This document shows, piece by piece, positions 1 through 9,335 of a DNA stretch of 64,000 nt. Position numbers and translations under genes: made by a program. The DNA comes from Gammaproteobacteria bacterium (GTDB lineage Bacteria; Pseudomonadota; Gammaproteobacteria; Eutrophobiales; Eutrophobiaceae). Position 1 is the stretch's first letter, and each line of letters begins with the position of its first letter. The notes under the pieces are model-generated. The model was not told where the DNA came from. It saw only the letters and a program-made list of their open reading frames with translations, and did not search any database. Where the stretch lies: contig CBDEUK010000002.1 in the NCBI GenBank assembly GCA_965243205.1, positions 1,152,001 to 1,216,000 of the forward strand, written 5' to 3'.

Positions 1-222
1 ATAAATTTCTATTCTATCGCCATCGTTTATTGAGTCAGTTAAAGTACGTAGCTCACTAAACACACCGATTTTATTTTTAGTAAGATCAATTTCAGGATAT
101 TGCTCAAGGATTGTAGATTGTTGAATCGCTTGTTCAATAGTGACTATAGGAAGTGTTAAAGGAATAATGGTTGTTGTATCTTCTGAAGCGTATACAACTT
201 CTATGGATACTTGCTTATCCAT
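1..222 (-). CDS. rnfH: RnfH/RatB family ubiquitin-like protein (runs off the left edge)
   Basis: Manual translation from ATG at 222: MDKQVSIEVVYASEDTT...IEQAIQQSTILEQYPEIDLTKNKIGVFSE...DGDRIEIY. Overlaps the ratA stop, the canonical arrangement. Not in the ORF track. Confidence 0.9.
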   Translation of the reverse strand, partial: MDKQVSIEVVYASEDTTTIIPLTLPIVTIEQAIQQSTILEQYPEIDLTKNKIGVFSELRTLTDSINDGDRIEIY

Positions 223-646
223 ACAGTTGTTTTGCTCGTTGGATAAATGAGTCTACCAAGGAATCAACAATCTTATTAAACACGGTACTTAGTGCCATCT
301 TCAATAATGCATTTTTATATTCAAAACTCATATCTAATGTAATTAAACAGCTATTGTCAGCTTTATCTTCGAATAACCAATGCCCAGTTAAATGTTTAAA
401 CGGCCCTTTGACTAATTTCACATGGATCTCTTTGCCTGGCTTCATTGTGTTCTGAGTTGAAAAGGATTGTTTTATTTTTCCAGCTTGCAAGGTTAATGAA
501 GCACTCAACTGTTCTTCACCAGGCACAAGAATTTTAGATTGAGTGCACCATGTTAAGAATTGTGGGTATGCCTCTATATCATTTACAAGATCGTACATTT
601 GCTGTGCGCTATAAGACACAGTCGCGGTTTTATGAATTGTCGTCAC
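215..646 (-). CDS. ratA: RatA/PasT family START-domain (Coq10-like) protein
   Basis: YSAQQMYDLVNDIEAYPQFLTWC, GPFKHLTGHWLF and FIQRAKQLYG motifs; near smpB. Confidence 0.92.
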   Translation of the reverse strand: MTTIHKTATVSYSAQQMYDLVNDIEAYPQFLTWCTQSKILVPGEEQLSASLTLQAGKIKQSFSTQNTMKPGKEIHVKLVKGPFKHLTGHWLFEDKADNSCLITLDMSFEYKNALLKMALSTVFNKIVDSLVDSFIQRAKQLYG

Positions 647-684
647 AATAATAAATTACAAAATAACTGGCTAAGTTTTATTTA

Positions 685-2049
685 CTAACTGCCTATAACA
701 CCTATGGCTTTTAAAAAGACCAGAGTCACACCAATCGGTGCAATAAATTTAACTAATAATTTCCATACATCATAGGCTACATTAGATAATGCTAATTCTT
801 CTTCTGTTGAATGTTGTTTCATTAACCAGCCAGCAAAAATAGCAACTAATAAACCACCCAATGGTAATAAAACGTTTGATGTCAATTTATCCATAACATC
901 AAAATATGTCATATCATTAAATTTATATTCTGACCATAGATTAAATGATAAAGCAGAACCTATGCCTAATAACCAAGCAATAACCCCAGCAATAAATGCT
1001 GATTTAAATCGACTGATACCTTTATTCTCAGATAACCATGCCACTGCGGGTTCTAATAATGAAATAGAAGAAGTCCACGCGGCGAATAATAATAAAATAA
1101 AAAATAATGTTCCCAATAACTGACCTATACCCATTTGGCCAAAAGCAATTGGTAACGTTACAAAGATTAATCCTGGTCCCCCTGAAGGTTCTAAGCCATA
1201 TGAAAATACCAAAGGAAAAATGGCTAAGCCTGCAAGTATGGCTACACATGTATCGGCAAACGCAATCGTGATAGAAGTACTGGTAATTGAGGTATTACTA
1301 GGAAGATAAGATCCATACACCATGATGGCTCCCATACCTAAACTCAAACTAAAAAACGCCTGCCCCATAGCAGCTAAGATACTGGTTCCACTAATCTTAC
1401 TAAAATCAGGATTGAACATATAACTCACGCCTTCGAAAAAACCTGGGGTTGATATCGCATAACCAACCATCACCAATAAAAGAATGAATAACGCTGGCAT
1501 TAAAAATTTAACTGCACGTTCTAAACCACTTTTAACACCTAAACTCACCACTAAAGCTGTTAAGAACATGAAAATAGTATGCAAGATTAGTAAAGTTTGA
1601 GGATCTTTTAATAAGGCATCAAATATTTGAGAAATATCTTCCGCACTGACTGAATTGAAACCCACTGTTGCGGTTTGAAAAATATAAAAAATCGTCCAAC
1701 CAGCGACGACACTGTAAAACGATAGAATTAAAAAACCTGCAACCACGCCCATCCAGCCCATCCATGACCAAAGGGGACTTTGATTCTCTTCAGCCGCTAA
1801 AGTCTTCATAGTATTAATTGGGCTTTGTCGACCACGCCGGCCTAATAAAATCTCAGCCATCATGATCGGTATACCAATCAAAGCGACACAGGCTAGATAG
1901 ATCAAAACAAACGCACCGCCGCCGTTTTCTCCAGTGACATAAGGAAATCGCCAGATATTCCCCAAACCAACTGCCGACCCTGTTGCTGCTAGAACAAAAA
2001 CCCATCTGGAGGACCACTGACCGTGAATTGAAGTGCGTTTAGTTGTCAT
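685..2049 (-). CDS. Sodium-dependent transporter, NSS/SNF family
   Basis: GSAVGLGNIWRFPY...ENGGGAF signature, GQAFFSLSLGMG, many hydrophobic helices. Confidence 0.93.
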   Translation of the reverse strand: MTTKRTSIHGQWSSRWVFVLAATGSAVGLGNIWRFPYVTGENGGGAFVLIYLACVALIGIPIMMAEILLGRRGRQSPINTMKTLAAEENQSPLWSWMGWMGVVAGFLILSFYSVVAGWTIFYIFQTATVGFNSVSAEDISQIFDALLKDPQTLLILHTIFMFLTALVVSLGVKSGLERAVKFLMPALFILLLVMVGYAISTPGFFEGVSYMFNPDFSKISGTSILAAMGQAFFSLSLGMGAIMVYGSYLPSNTSITSTSITIAFADTCVAILAGLAIFPLVFSYGLEPSGGPGLIFVTLPIAFGQMGIGQLLGTLFFILLLFAAWTSSISLLEPAVAWLSENKGISRFKSAFIAGVIAWLLGIGSALSFNLWSEYKFNDMTYFDVMDKLTSNVLLPLGGLLVAIFAGWLMKQHSTEEELALSNVAYDVWKLLVKFIAPIGVTLVFLKAIGVIGS

Positions 2050-2123
2050 CTTGGTGCATTCTCATCGTTTTCTGCCATTTTGTGATAAATCCCCCCCCGC
2101 CTCAAGTATCGAAGTGAATTATT

Positions 2124-2150
2124 TCAGAACTCAGACCAATTAGCCGATAA
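2124..2150 (+). promoter_or_regulatory. Putative sigma-28 (FliA) promoter
   Basis: TCAG-N15-GCCGATAA about 40 nt upstream of the kinase-HDOD gene; the -10 element is a perfect consensus match. Confidence 0.65.
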
Positions 2151-2192
2151 CCATTAATTACATTAAAAAACTGCGGGATTTTTTTCTTCCTA

Positions 2193-4562
2193 ATGACAAG
2201 CTCTAACGCATTCGATATGACCACTAGCAATACATCCGCTTTTATTGGGCGGTTTGAGTTGCTCAAAAAACTTGGTCAGGGAGCACAAGGTGTTGTTTAT
2301 CATGCAAACGATACTCAATTGCAACGAGAAGTTGCCATCAAGTTACTAAACAAGATCCATAAAGATTCAAAAATAATTCAAGAAGCGCGCAATGTCAGTA
2401 ATCTCAAACATAAAAATATTGTACAGCTCTATGAAATTGGCGTTCATGATGAAAAACCATACTTAGTCTATGAATATGAGAAAGGTGAATCTCTCAAAAA
2501 ATTTATAGAGCGTCATGAAAAACTAAAGCCTTTAGATGCAGTCAAGATCATCACTCAATTATTATCTGGTTTACAATTTGCGCATACTAATCAGATCGTA
2601 CATCGTGATATCAATCCAGCAAATATCTTAATTGACCAGAATCATAAAATAAAAATTATGGATTTTGGTATATCGCAACCTGTTGGAACAGAAACTTCAA
2701 CCAATGAAATAATAGGTACTGTTAATTACTTAGCACCAGAATTACTTTCAGGAAATAATATTTCACCCAGTGTGGATATATTTTCTACTGGTCTCATTTT
2801 ATATGAACTTCTTACTGGTAGAATGGTATTTGCAGCTGAAAATTCGATGGCTGTGATGTACAAAATCAGTCATGAAACTATCTCCCCACCAACAAAGTTC
2901 AACAAAAACCTCAGCAGTAAACTCAATCAGATTGTTGTCAAATCATTACAAAGAGATTTATCACAACGTTATGATTCTGCAGAATCGATGTTAAATGATT
3001 TAAATGCCTACATTGGAAGTTTTGAAACCGCTAAGGAATCTGAAACTTTAAACGGCTCAAATAATAGTACGATTGAATTTCTATTACGCAGGATGAAACG
3101 CAAACAGGATTTTCCTGCTATTTCAAAAAATATTTCTGAAATAAATAGTAAATCATCAATTGATGGTATGTCTTCGGCAAATGAACTATCAAATATTATT
3201 TTAGAAGATTATGCATTAACGACGAAGATATTACGTGCTGTCAACTCATCGTACTACGGCCAATTTGGCGGAGAGATTACTACGATATCCAGAGCCATTA
3301 TTATATTGGGATTTGAGCAAGTTCGATCCGCGGCATTAAGTATCATTTTGTTTGAACATCTGAAAGATGCAAAACAAGCGAATACAATAAAAAAAGAAAT
3401 TTACTGTTCGTTGATGAGCGCCATCATCGCACGTGAACATGCAAAGGATATGAATCTTAGTGGAAATGAAATTATAGAAACGGCCTTCATTGCTTCGATG
3501 TTTCATGAACTAGGAAAATTATTAACGATCTTTTATTTCGATGATGAATTCAATGAAATACAAAACCTCATTTCAACTCAAGGACTGGATGAGTTAAAAG
3601 CTTGTAAGAATATTTTGGGTGTCTCCTATTCCGAATTAGGCAAGGGAATTGCGAAAGAATGGCAGTTACCAGATGTAATTTCACAATCAATGGTAAAACT
3701 ACCGACTGGAAAGATTAAACCCGCTGAAGATAATGATACATTGATCAGACAACTCACTTGCTTTTCCAATGAACTTTGCCAAATTGGTATTTCTGAAAAT
3801 GATCAAGATGATGCTATTAAAAAACTAATTACCCGATACGCGAAAATTTTAGACATCAATAAAAATAAAATCGAAACACTCATAACCAACTCAACAAATG
3901 AACTCAATGAGTTTGTCAGAAATATCAATTTAAACGTCAGTGATATTTCATTTTTTGATAAGAAATCTAACTCTATTACTCATAACAAGAATGATATTAG
4001 TAATAGTGATAAGTTAGGTATCGAAGACAATAAATCCAATGAAAATAAACAAGACATATTAGTGAATGGTATCGCTGAAATCACTAATGCTATGTTGGGC
4101 GATTACCAAGTCAATAACATATTAACCATGGTTTTAGAAACGATCTATCGAGGCATGGCTTTCAATCGAGTGATGTTTTGTTTGTTTGATCCAAAAAAAT
4201 CAAAACTCATTGCAAGGTTTGGTTATGGGAAATCAATTAATGATCTAATACCTAAATTTCAACTGCCAGTATCTAAAGATAGCTCTGACGTTATTCACCA
4301 ATCCTGTATAAAAGGCAAAGAGTTTATTATTTTAGATGTTAATGATAATGAATATAAAAACAAGATTACAAATGATCTGAAGAAATTAACAAATCCAATA
4401 ACACTCGTGCTCTACCCGCTAATAGTTAACAAACGAGTACTAGGTGTCATCTACGCTGATATGGATGACGTCACGACAAAAATATCACTAGACGCATTAA
4501 AGTTTTTTAAGACTTTACGCAATCAAGCAGCCTTAGCAATATTTCAAAAACAAGCCAAATAA
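2193..4562 (+). CDS. Hanks-type Ser/Thr kinase fused to an HDOD domain and a C-terminal GAF-like domain
   Basis: GQGAQG, VAIK, HRDINPAN, DFG and APE kinase motifs. HDOD: DYALTTKILRAVNSSYY, TISRAIIILG, FHELGKL, EWQLP. GAF-like tail LYPLIVNKRVLGVIYAD. Confidence 0.88.
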   Translation: MTSSNAFDMTTSNTSAFIGRFELLKKLGQGAQGVVYHANDTQLQREVAIKLLNKIHKDSKIIQEARNVSNLKHKNIVQLYEIGVHDEKPYLVYEYEKGESLKKFIERHEKLKPLDAVKIITQLLSGLQFAHTNQIVHRDINPANILIDQNHKIKIMDFGISQPVGTETSTNEIIGTVNYLAPELLSGNNISPSVDIFSTGLILYELLTGRMVFAAENSMAVMYKISHETISPPTKFNKNLSSKLNQIVVKSLQRDLSQRYDSAESMLNDLNAYIGSFETAKESETLNGSNNSTIEFLLRRMKRKQDFPAISKNISEINSKSSIDGMSSANELSNIILEDYALTTKILRAVNSSYYGQFGGEITTISRAIIILGFEQVRSAALSIILFEHLKDAKQANTIKKEIYCSLMSAIIAREHAKDMNLSGNEIIETAFIASMFHELGKLLTIFYFDDEFNEIQNLISTQGLDELKACKNILGVSYSELGKGIAKEWQLPDVISQSMVKLPTGKIKPAEDNDTLIRQLTCFSNELCQIGISENDQDDAIKKLITRYAKILDINKNKIETLITNSTNELNEFVRNINLNVSDISFFDKKSNSITHNKNDISNSDKLGIEDNKSNENKQDILVNGIAEITNAMLGDYQVNNILTMVLETIYRGMAFNRVMFCLFDPKKSKLIARFGYGKSINDLIPKFQLPVSKDSSDVIHQSCIKGKEFIILDVNDNEYKNKITNDLKKLTNPITLVLYPLIVNKRVLGVIYADMDDVTTKISLDALKFFKTLRNQAALAIFQKQAK

Positions 4563-4638
4563 ATTCTATAAATAAAGCTCCCCTTTAGCACTAACAATCC
4601 TGATATAATAGTGCGTTTAATTGTTCCGTAAGATTCGC

Positions 4639-5118
4639 ATGGCCAAAAAACCGAAACAAAAAAAACCGGCTGACAATACGATTGCCCTAAATAAAAAAGC
4701 CAAACACGATTACCAATTAGAGGATCGCTTTGAGGCTGGCTTGGCCTTGGAAGGCTGGGAGGTAAAAAGCCTGCGTGCTGGTAAAGTGCAAATGCGCGAT
4801 AGTTATATCTTATTGCAAAATGGCGAAGCGTATTTATTCGGCACTTTGATCACACCTTTACCGACCGTCTCGACACATATCAAGCCTGATTCGCAACGCA
4901 ATCGAAAATTATTATTGCATCGTACTGAATTAAATCGATTGATTGGCGCAGTAGAACGCAAAGGCTACACCATTGTACCGACTGCACTTTACTGGAAGAA
5001 CGGTAAAGTAAAATTGGAAGTCGCCTTAGCGAAAGGCAAACAAGCTCACGACAAACGTCAAAGCGAAAAAGACCGTGATTGGCAACGCCAAAAATCCAGG
5101 ATTATGAAGTCTGGTTAA
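4639..5118 (+). CDS. smpB: SsrA-binding protein SmpB
   Basis: [40 protein letters not shown]. Start moved to ATG 4639. Confidence 0.97.
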   Translation: MAKKPKQKKPADNTIALNKKAKHDYQLEDRFEAGLALEGWEVKSLRAGKVQMRDSYILLQNGEAYLFGTLITPLPTVSTHIKPDSQRNRKLLLHRTELNRLIGAVERKGYTIVPTALYWKNGKVKLEVALAKGKQAHDKRQSEKDRDWQRQKSRIMKSG

Positions 5119-5211
5119 CTCATTAAAACCATAGACTTCTAGTGAACTTAACCTATACTACTTTTCTCTAATATAAATATATGCAGGAAGCATATAGATC
5201 TTCAGAGTTTT

Positions 5212-5576
5212 GGGGGCGTACTTGGCTTCGACGTGGATTACAAAACCTGAGGGGCATGCCGAGGATGCAGAAACCCTCGTTAATCATATCTGTAACTTTA
5301 TAGTTGCCAACGATGACAACTACGCTCTAGCTGCTTAATAACCAGTCTTAGTGCCGTCTGCCCGAAGTGTGCTTGTGCGCTCGGTTCCAGGCGTCGACTC
5401 ACACAAGATCGCGATGAAGTTTGTCCGAGGTGGATTCGCTAAACTTTTTTCGGAATCGCTAGCAGTCTTCCCTGCCGTTCGGGTAGCTGTTAGTTAAACT
5501 TAAAGAGTCGGCTAAGCATGTAGAACCGAAGGCGGAGAATTTGCGGACGCGGGTTCAACTCCCGCCGCCTCCACCA
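5212..5576 (+). ncRNA. ssrA: tmRNA (SsrA), tag peptide ANDDNYALAA
   Basis: 5' GGGGGCG pairs with 3' CGCCTCC followed by ACCA; T-arm GGGTTCAACTCCC; tag ORF gccaacgatgacaactacgctctagctgcttaa at 5306-5338; follows smpB. Confidence 0.97.
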
Positions 5577-5581
5577 AAAAT

Positions 5582-5604
5582 AAAAGCCACATAAAGTGGC
5601 TTTT
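5582..5604 (+). terminator. Intrinsic terminator after tmRNA
   Basis: AAAAGCCAC-ataaa-GTGGCTTTT. Confidence 0.8.
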
Positions 5605-5963
5605 GTCTATATATGACATGGAGTTTCACTTCGGGAAAAATTATGTACAAAAACAGGGAACTAATCCTATTCAGAATATATTCATTTAGGCAGATACTTA
5701 CTATTAGAGTCTTTTTGGTTCTAAAGGAATACTCAAGGAATCTCTCAATTGTTTGTTTGAAACCATTAAGGAGCGATATAGGAGATGGGTTTCAAGCAAA
5801 CACTTAACAATTATCCCCTTCCCTAACTAAGACTATTATTTTTAATGGTTCCTTTTAAAAACTATTAGACCAAATAAATCATGAGTCAGGAATCAAATGG
5901 CTGCTGGAATTGATATTGGAGAAGCTTCTCTAATCTAATTAATGGACTTATTACCCATTCAAC

Positions 5964-5993
5964 AAAAAAGCCTGGATAAACACCAGGCTTTTT
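5964..5993. terminator. Bidirectional intrinsic terminator
   Basis: AAAAAAGCCTGG-ataaaca-CCAGGCTTTTT downstream of the 6019..6765 gene. Confidence 0.8.
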
Positions 5994-6018
5994 ATTTTCT
6001 AAAATAAACTTTTTAAAT

Positions 6019-6765
6019 TTATTTTTTTCTAGATACGCCTATCAAACCAAACAGAGCACTACCTAATAACCAAATCGCTGGTGGAAGAGGTACTTCTGAA
6101 GTTGTATAGAAAATACCTGATTGATTGCCTGTACCACCTGACGCAAAAACAAAACTTTCAGTGCCAATAAATAATTTATCCCAATTACTTGGCAATAGAG
6201 GTAATAAATAAGCAAACTGACCAATCACATCTGCAGCACCTGCAAATATAACACTAGGATCTTCACCATTATTTAGAAAGTTATAATTACCCGTCAATGT
6301 AAATACATCATTACCAGCAATACTTGATGTATTAATAATCATAGAAGATGAAGCAGAATTATTAGCAGCTAAAGTTATGGTACTTGTACCAGATGATGAT
6401 AACGTTTCTTGTACTTGTATGCCAAGTACTGGAGCAGGAACACTAAAATCATTCAGTAACACATCTGCATTTAAACTAGTTAATGTATTCACCCCAATTT
6501 GAACAGGACCACTCGTTTCAAATGAACCGACTACAGATCCAAATAAAACTGGCCCATTAAAAAGAAAGTTTGTTGCTCCACCTTGAGGATTAAACCCTGT
6601 AAACCCAGGAGGAATCACAGAAAAATCATCCGCTGTATTCCATAATAAATCAGGTCCATTAAGTATGCCTGATAGCGAGGGCGACTCTAAGTAATTAAAT
6701 GTTGCTGCGTTTAGGTTTACTGAACCAGTTAACATACAAAAGATAATAGCAAAATGCTTCATCAT
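6019..6765 (-). CDS. Secreted protein with VPLPA/PEP-CTERM-like sorting signal
   Basis: N-terminal signal peptide; C-terminus VPLPPAIWLLGSALFGLIGVSRKK (motif, TM helix, basic tail). Confidence 0.85.
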   Translation of the reverse strand: MMKHFAIIFCMLTGSVNLNAATFNYLESPSLSGILNGPDLLWNTADDFSVIPPGFTGFNPQGGATNFLFNGPVLFGSVVGSFETSGPVQIGVNTLTSLNADVLLNDFSVPAPVLGIQVQETLSSSGTSTITLAANNSASSSMIINTSSIAGNDVFTLTGNYNFLNNGEDPSVIFAGAADVIGQFAYLLPLLPSNWDKLFIGTESFVFASGGTGNQSGIFYTTSEVPLPPAIWLLGSALFGLIGVSRKK

Positions 6766-7222
6766 GATTTCATCTCCTAAAAAGATTGTTTATGTATTAA
6801 TTTGTTTATCGAAAACTAATACAAACCAACTTCAATTAGTTTTACGAAAAATGAAAAAATTTGAAAATATTAAAATATTTCACTTCTAAAATTGTTTGCT
6901 ATCAATCCAAACAAATCCTAGAGTGAAAAAGAATGAAGTGTAATTTTGAAATTTATCTATAGCGTTAGATTTACTACAGAATGTTTATAATATAATGACA
7001 ATAATTATTCTAAATATTTGTTATTAAAACAAGATTTAAAGATTAATTTTTTGTATTTTTCTGCTAAATAATAGTTTAAATGTGAACACTGCAACATTTT
7101 TTATAGAAAATAGTCATTTATTGTAAAAACCTGCTATTTCTAAATAATAAGATCCATATGTCTATTGATATCTTTTTTAATCTATAAATAATTAGAGCTA
7201 TTAAAAGAATATATAAAAATAA

Positions 7223-7990
7223 GTGAAAAAAACCTATCCGCTAAATAGACAAATATATCTATGGAAAGACAAATCAATATGCCTCGGCCCTTCAAAAACA
7301 GTCGAACCTAGACATTATGGTGCCGCAGCCATTCATATAGGTATTTATTCGCCATTTGAGATTATTATAGGTGATAAACATTCTATGGTTTCCCAATGTG
7401 CTTATGTACCCGTTAACACACAACATCGATTAATAATGAATGGAGCGGTACAAGGAAAGTTTTTTATCGAGAGAGATAACCCTTATTATCAATTGATATT
7501 GGATCAGTTACCAATCATTCCAGGAAAGATTTCTTGCTTTCATAATAAAAAGTTAATTGAGTTTACTCAGTGGATTTATGAAGAAAACCCTAGCAAAAAA
7601 TCGATTGATGAATACATGGCTCTTTTATTTAATTTCCCAGAGTTAAGCGGCTCTAATATTGATGGGCGAATTCATAAAGTCATTGAATTAACGAATTCTG
7701 AAGCGCACAGAAATTTATCTCAAGAGTATTTAGCAAACATGTTAAATATATCATCATCTCGTTTCTTGCATCTGTTTAAAGAAAACACGGACATGACATA
7801 TAGACGATATAGAATATGGAGACGAATACAAAAAGCGATGATGATTTACTATAAAACTGAAAATCTAACAAAAGCGGCATTGGAATCAGGCTTTACTGAT
7901 GTCAGTCATTTCAGTAAAGCATTTAAAAGTACTTATGGAGTTAATCCTGCTTTAGTCTTTAAAAAAATATCAACGTTTGAATTAGCATAA
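7223..7990 (+). CDS. AraC family transcriptional regulator
   Basis: LANMLNISSSRFLHLFKE and AALESGFTDVSHFSKAFKSTYGVNP double HTH. Confidence 0.92.
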   Translation: MKKTYPLNRQIYLWKDKSICLGPSKTVEPRHYGAAAIHIGIYSPFEIIIGDKHSMVSQCAYVPVNTQHRLIMNGAVQGKFFIERDNPYYQLILDQLPIIPGKISCFHNKKLIEFTQWIYEENPSKKSIDEYMALLFNFPELSGSNIDGRIHKVIELTNSEAHRNLSQEYLANMLNISSSRFLHLFKENTDMTYRRYRIWRRIQKAMMIYYKTENLTKAALESGFTDVSHFSKAFKSTYGVNPALVFKKISTFELA

Positions 7991-8010
7991 ATAAGATTAG
8001 AAAGTAGTAT

Positions 8011-9036
8011 TTAATGTTTTCTTTTAACCCCTAAGAGACCAAGTAAAGTCGTACCAAGTAACCAAATAGTAGCGGGCAAAGGAACTGGCGCAGCCATGAA
8101 TGGTTGATATGAAATATCTGAATCATCAAACAAGAGCGCTTGTCCAGCTACAATCTGTCCAAATACACCCGCGGAAGTAGGATCAGTAGCCCTTTCAGCA
8201 ATTGCATCAGCGGCTGTAACTTCAGTTGTGTTAGCAGCGCTGTTGTCATCATAAGTATGAAAATGATTACCTTGGATGGTTACGTCTCGTCCAACGGCTA
8301 ATAATGTGCCCTGAAAAATACTGTGGCTATTTACAGAAGAATTATCGTCAATAATAGTAGCTGATCCAACATTGCCTAAAACATTAAATAAAACTTCGCT
8401 AGCAGTGATGTCACCAGTAAGTTCAATGATTGAAGTATTAATATTGAATTCATGTTGATCAGAAATATTAAATACAAAAAAATCACCAACACCGCCATCC
8501 AAGACTAATCTAGCACCACTATTTAAAATAAAACCATCGGTAACATTGTAAACAGTTCCTAAACCACCTGATGCGGTTAAGGTTAATGTTGTGCCATTTT
8601 CATTAACGGCAACATCTGTTCCAGATTGGCCCGCCCAATATGAAGAAAGCGCTCTGGCATCAGCAGCGATCGTTTCAAAGGTAGTCGAATCTAAAGTGTT
8701 TTGTGATGCAACTTGTGAGGAACTTATATCATTTGAAACACCACTTTCTCTATCAAAGGAACCTGTTACTCTAGAGGAAGAAATTTTATTCAGTTCAGGT
8801 TTGCCATCGACACCTTTCAGTGTGCTTCCAAAAACAGTACTGTTTGATGTGATTTCCAGTTTATCACCTACCCCACTACCAGGATTAGACGTAGTATCAC
8901 CTCCATCATCACCTAGTTGGATTAAAGCATATGGTTTTCCCGCGCCGAGACTTAGTGTCGCACTTTGAACTGGTAATGAAACTGTCAATATAAGAAGTGC
9001 AATTAAGCAATAAGTTGATTTGAAACAGTTATTCAT
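8011..9036 (-). CDS. VPLPA-CTERM protein with a beta-solenoid domain resembling ice-binding (DUF3494) or choice-of-anchor A domains
   Basis: Signal peptide; FFVFNIS...LTGDITASEVLFNVLG...IFQGTLLA; C-terminus VPLPATIWLLGTTLLGLLGVKRKH. Confidence 0.75.
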   Translation of the reverse strand: MNNCFKSTYCLIALLILTVSLPVQSATLSLGAGKPYALIQLGDDGGDTTSNPGSGVGDKLEITSNSTVFGSTLKGVDGKPELNKISSSRVTGSFDRESGVSNDISSSQVASQNTLDSTTFETIAADARALSSYWAGQSGTDVAVNENGTTLTLTASGGLGTVYNVTDGFILNSGARLVLDGGVGDFFVFNISDQHEFNINTSIIELTGDITASEVLFNVLGNVGSATIIDDNSSVNSHSIFQGTLLAVGRDVTIQGNHFHTYDDNSAANTTEVTAADAIAERATDPTSAGVFGQIVAGQALLFDDSDISYQPFMAAPVPLPATIWLLGTTLLGLLGVKRKH

Positions 9037-9335
9037 GAGCTTTCCCCACAGCCACTATATATAACTAAACTACTATCTAAATTCGTTTATTTAAGAAAAT
9101 AGTACCTATTCTATATTACGCATGGATTAAATAAATAAGACAAATTCCTAAATTTGAGCATTTGAAAATGTTCGTTTGATAGCTAAAAACTATTGTTTTT
9201 TCGTTATAATTTAATAAACAAAGAGTTAGAAGACATAGCAAATTTTATTATCTAACAAATTATTAATTCGGCACTTCACTATTATATTCGCTAAAATACT
9301 TCTAAGTTGTATGAATTATTCTGGGGAGAATAAGT

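Noticed and set aside
5613-5807. 64-aa ORF after tmRNA
   Set aside because: No RBS, no recognisable motif, and it overlaps a strongly structured region.
6766-7222. Sigma-54/PrsR-type promoter for CTERM gene 1
   Set aside because: No GG-N10-GC in the correct orientation; the TTCGATAA sigma-28-like element has wrong -35 spacing.
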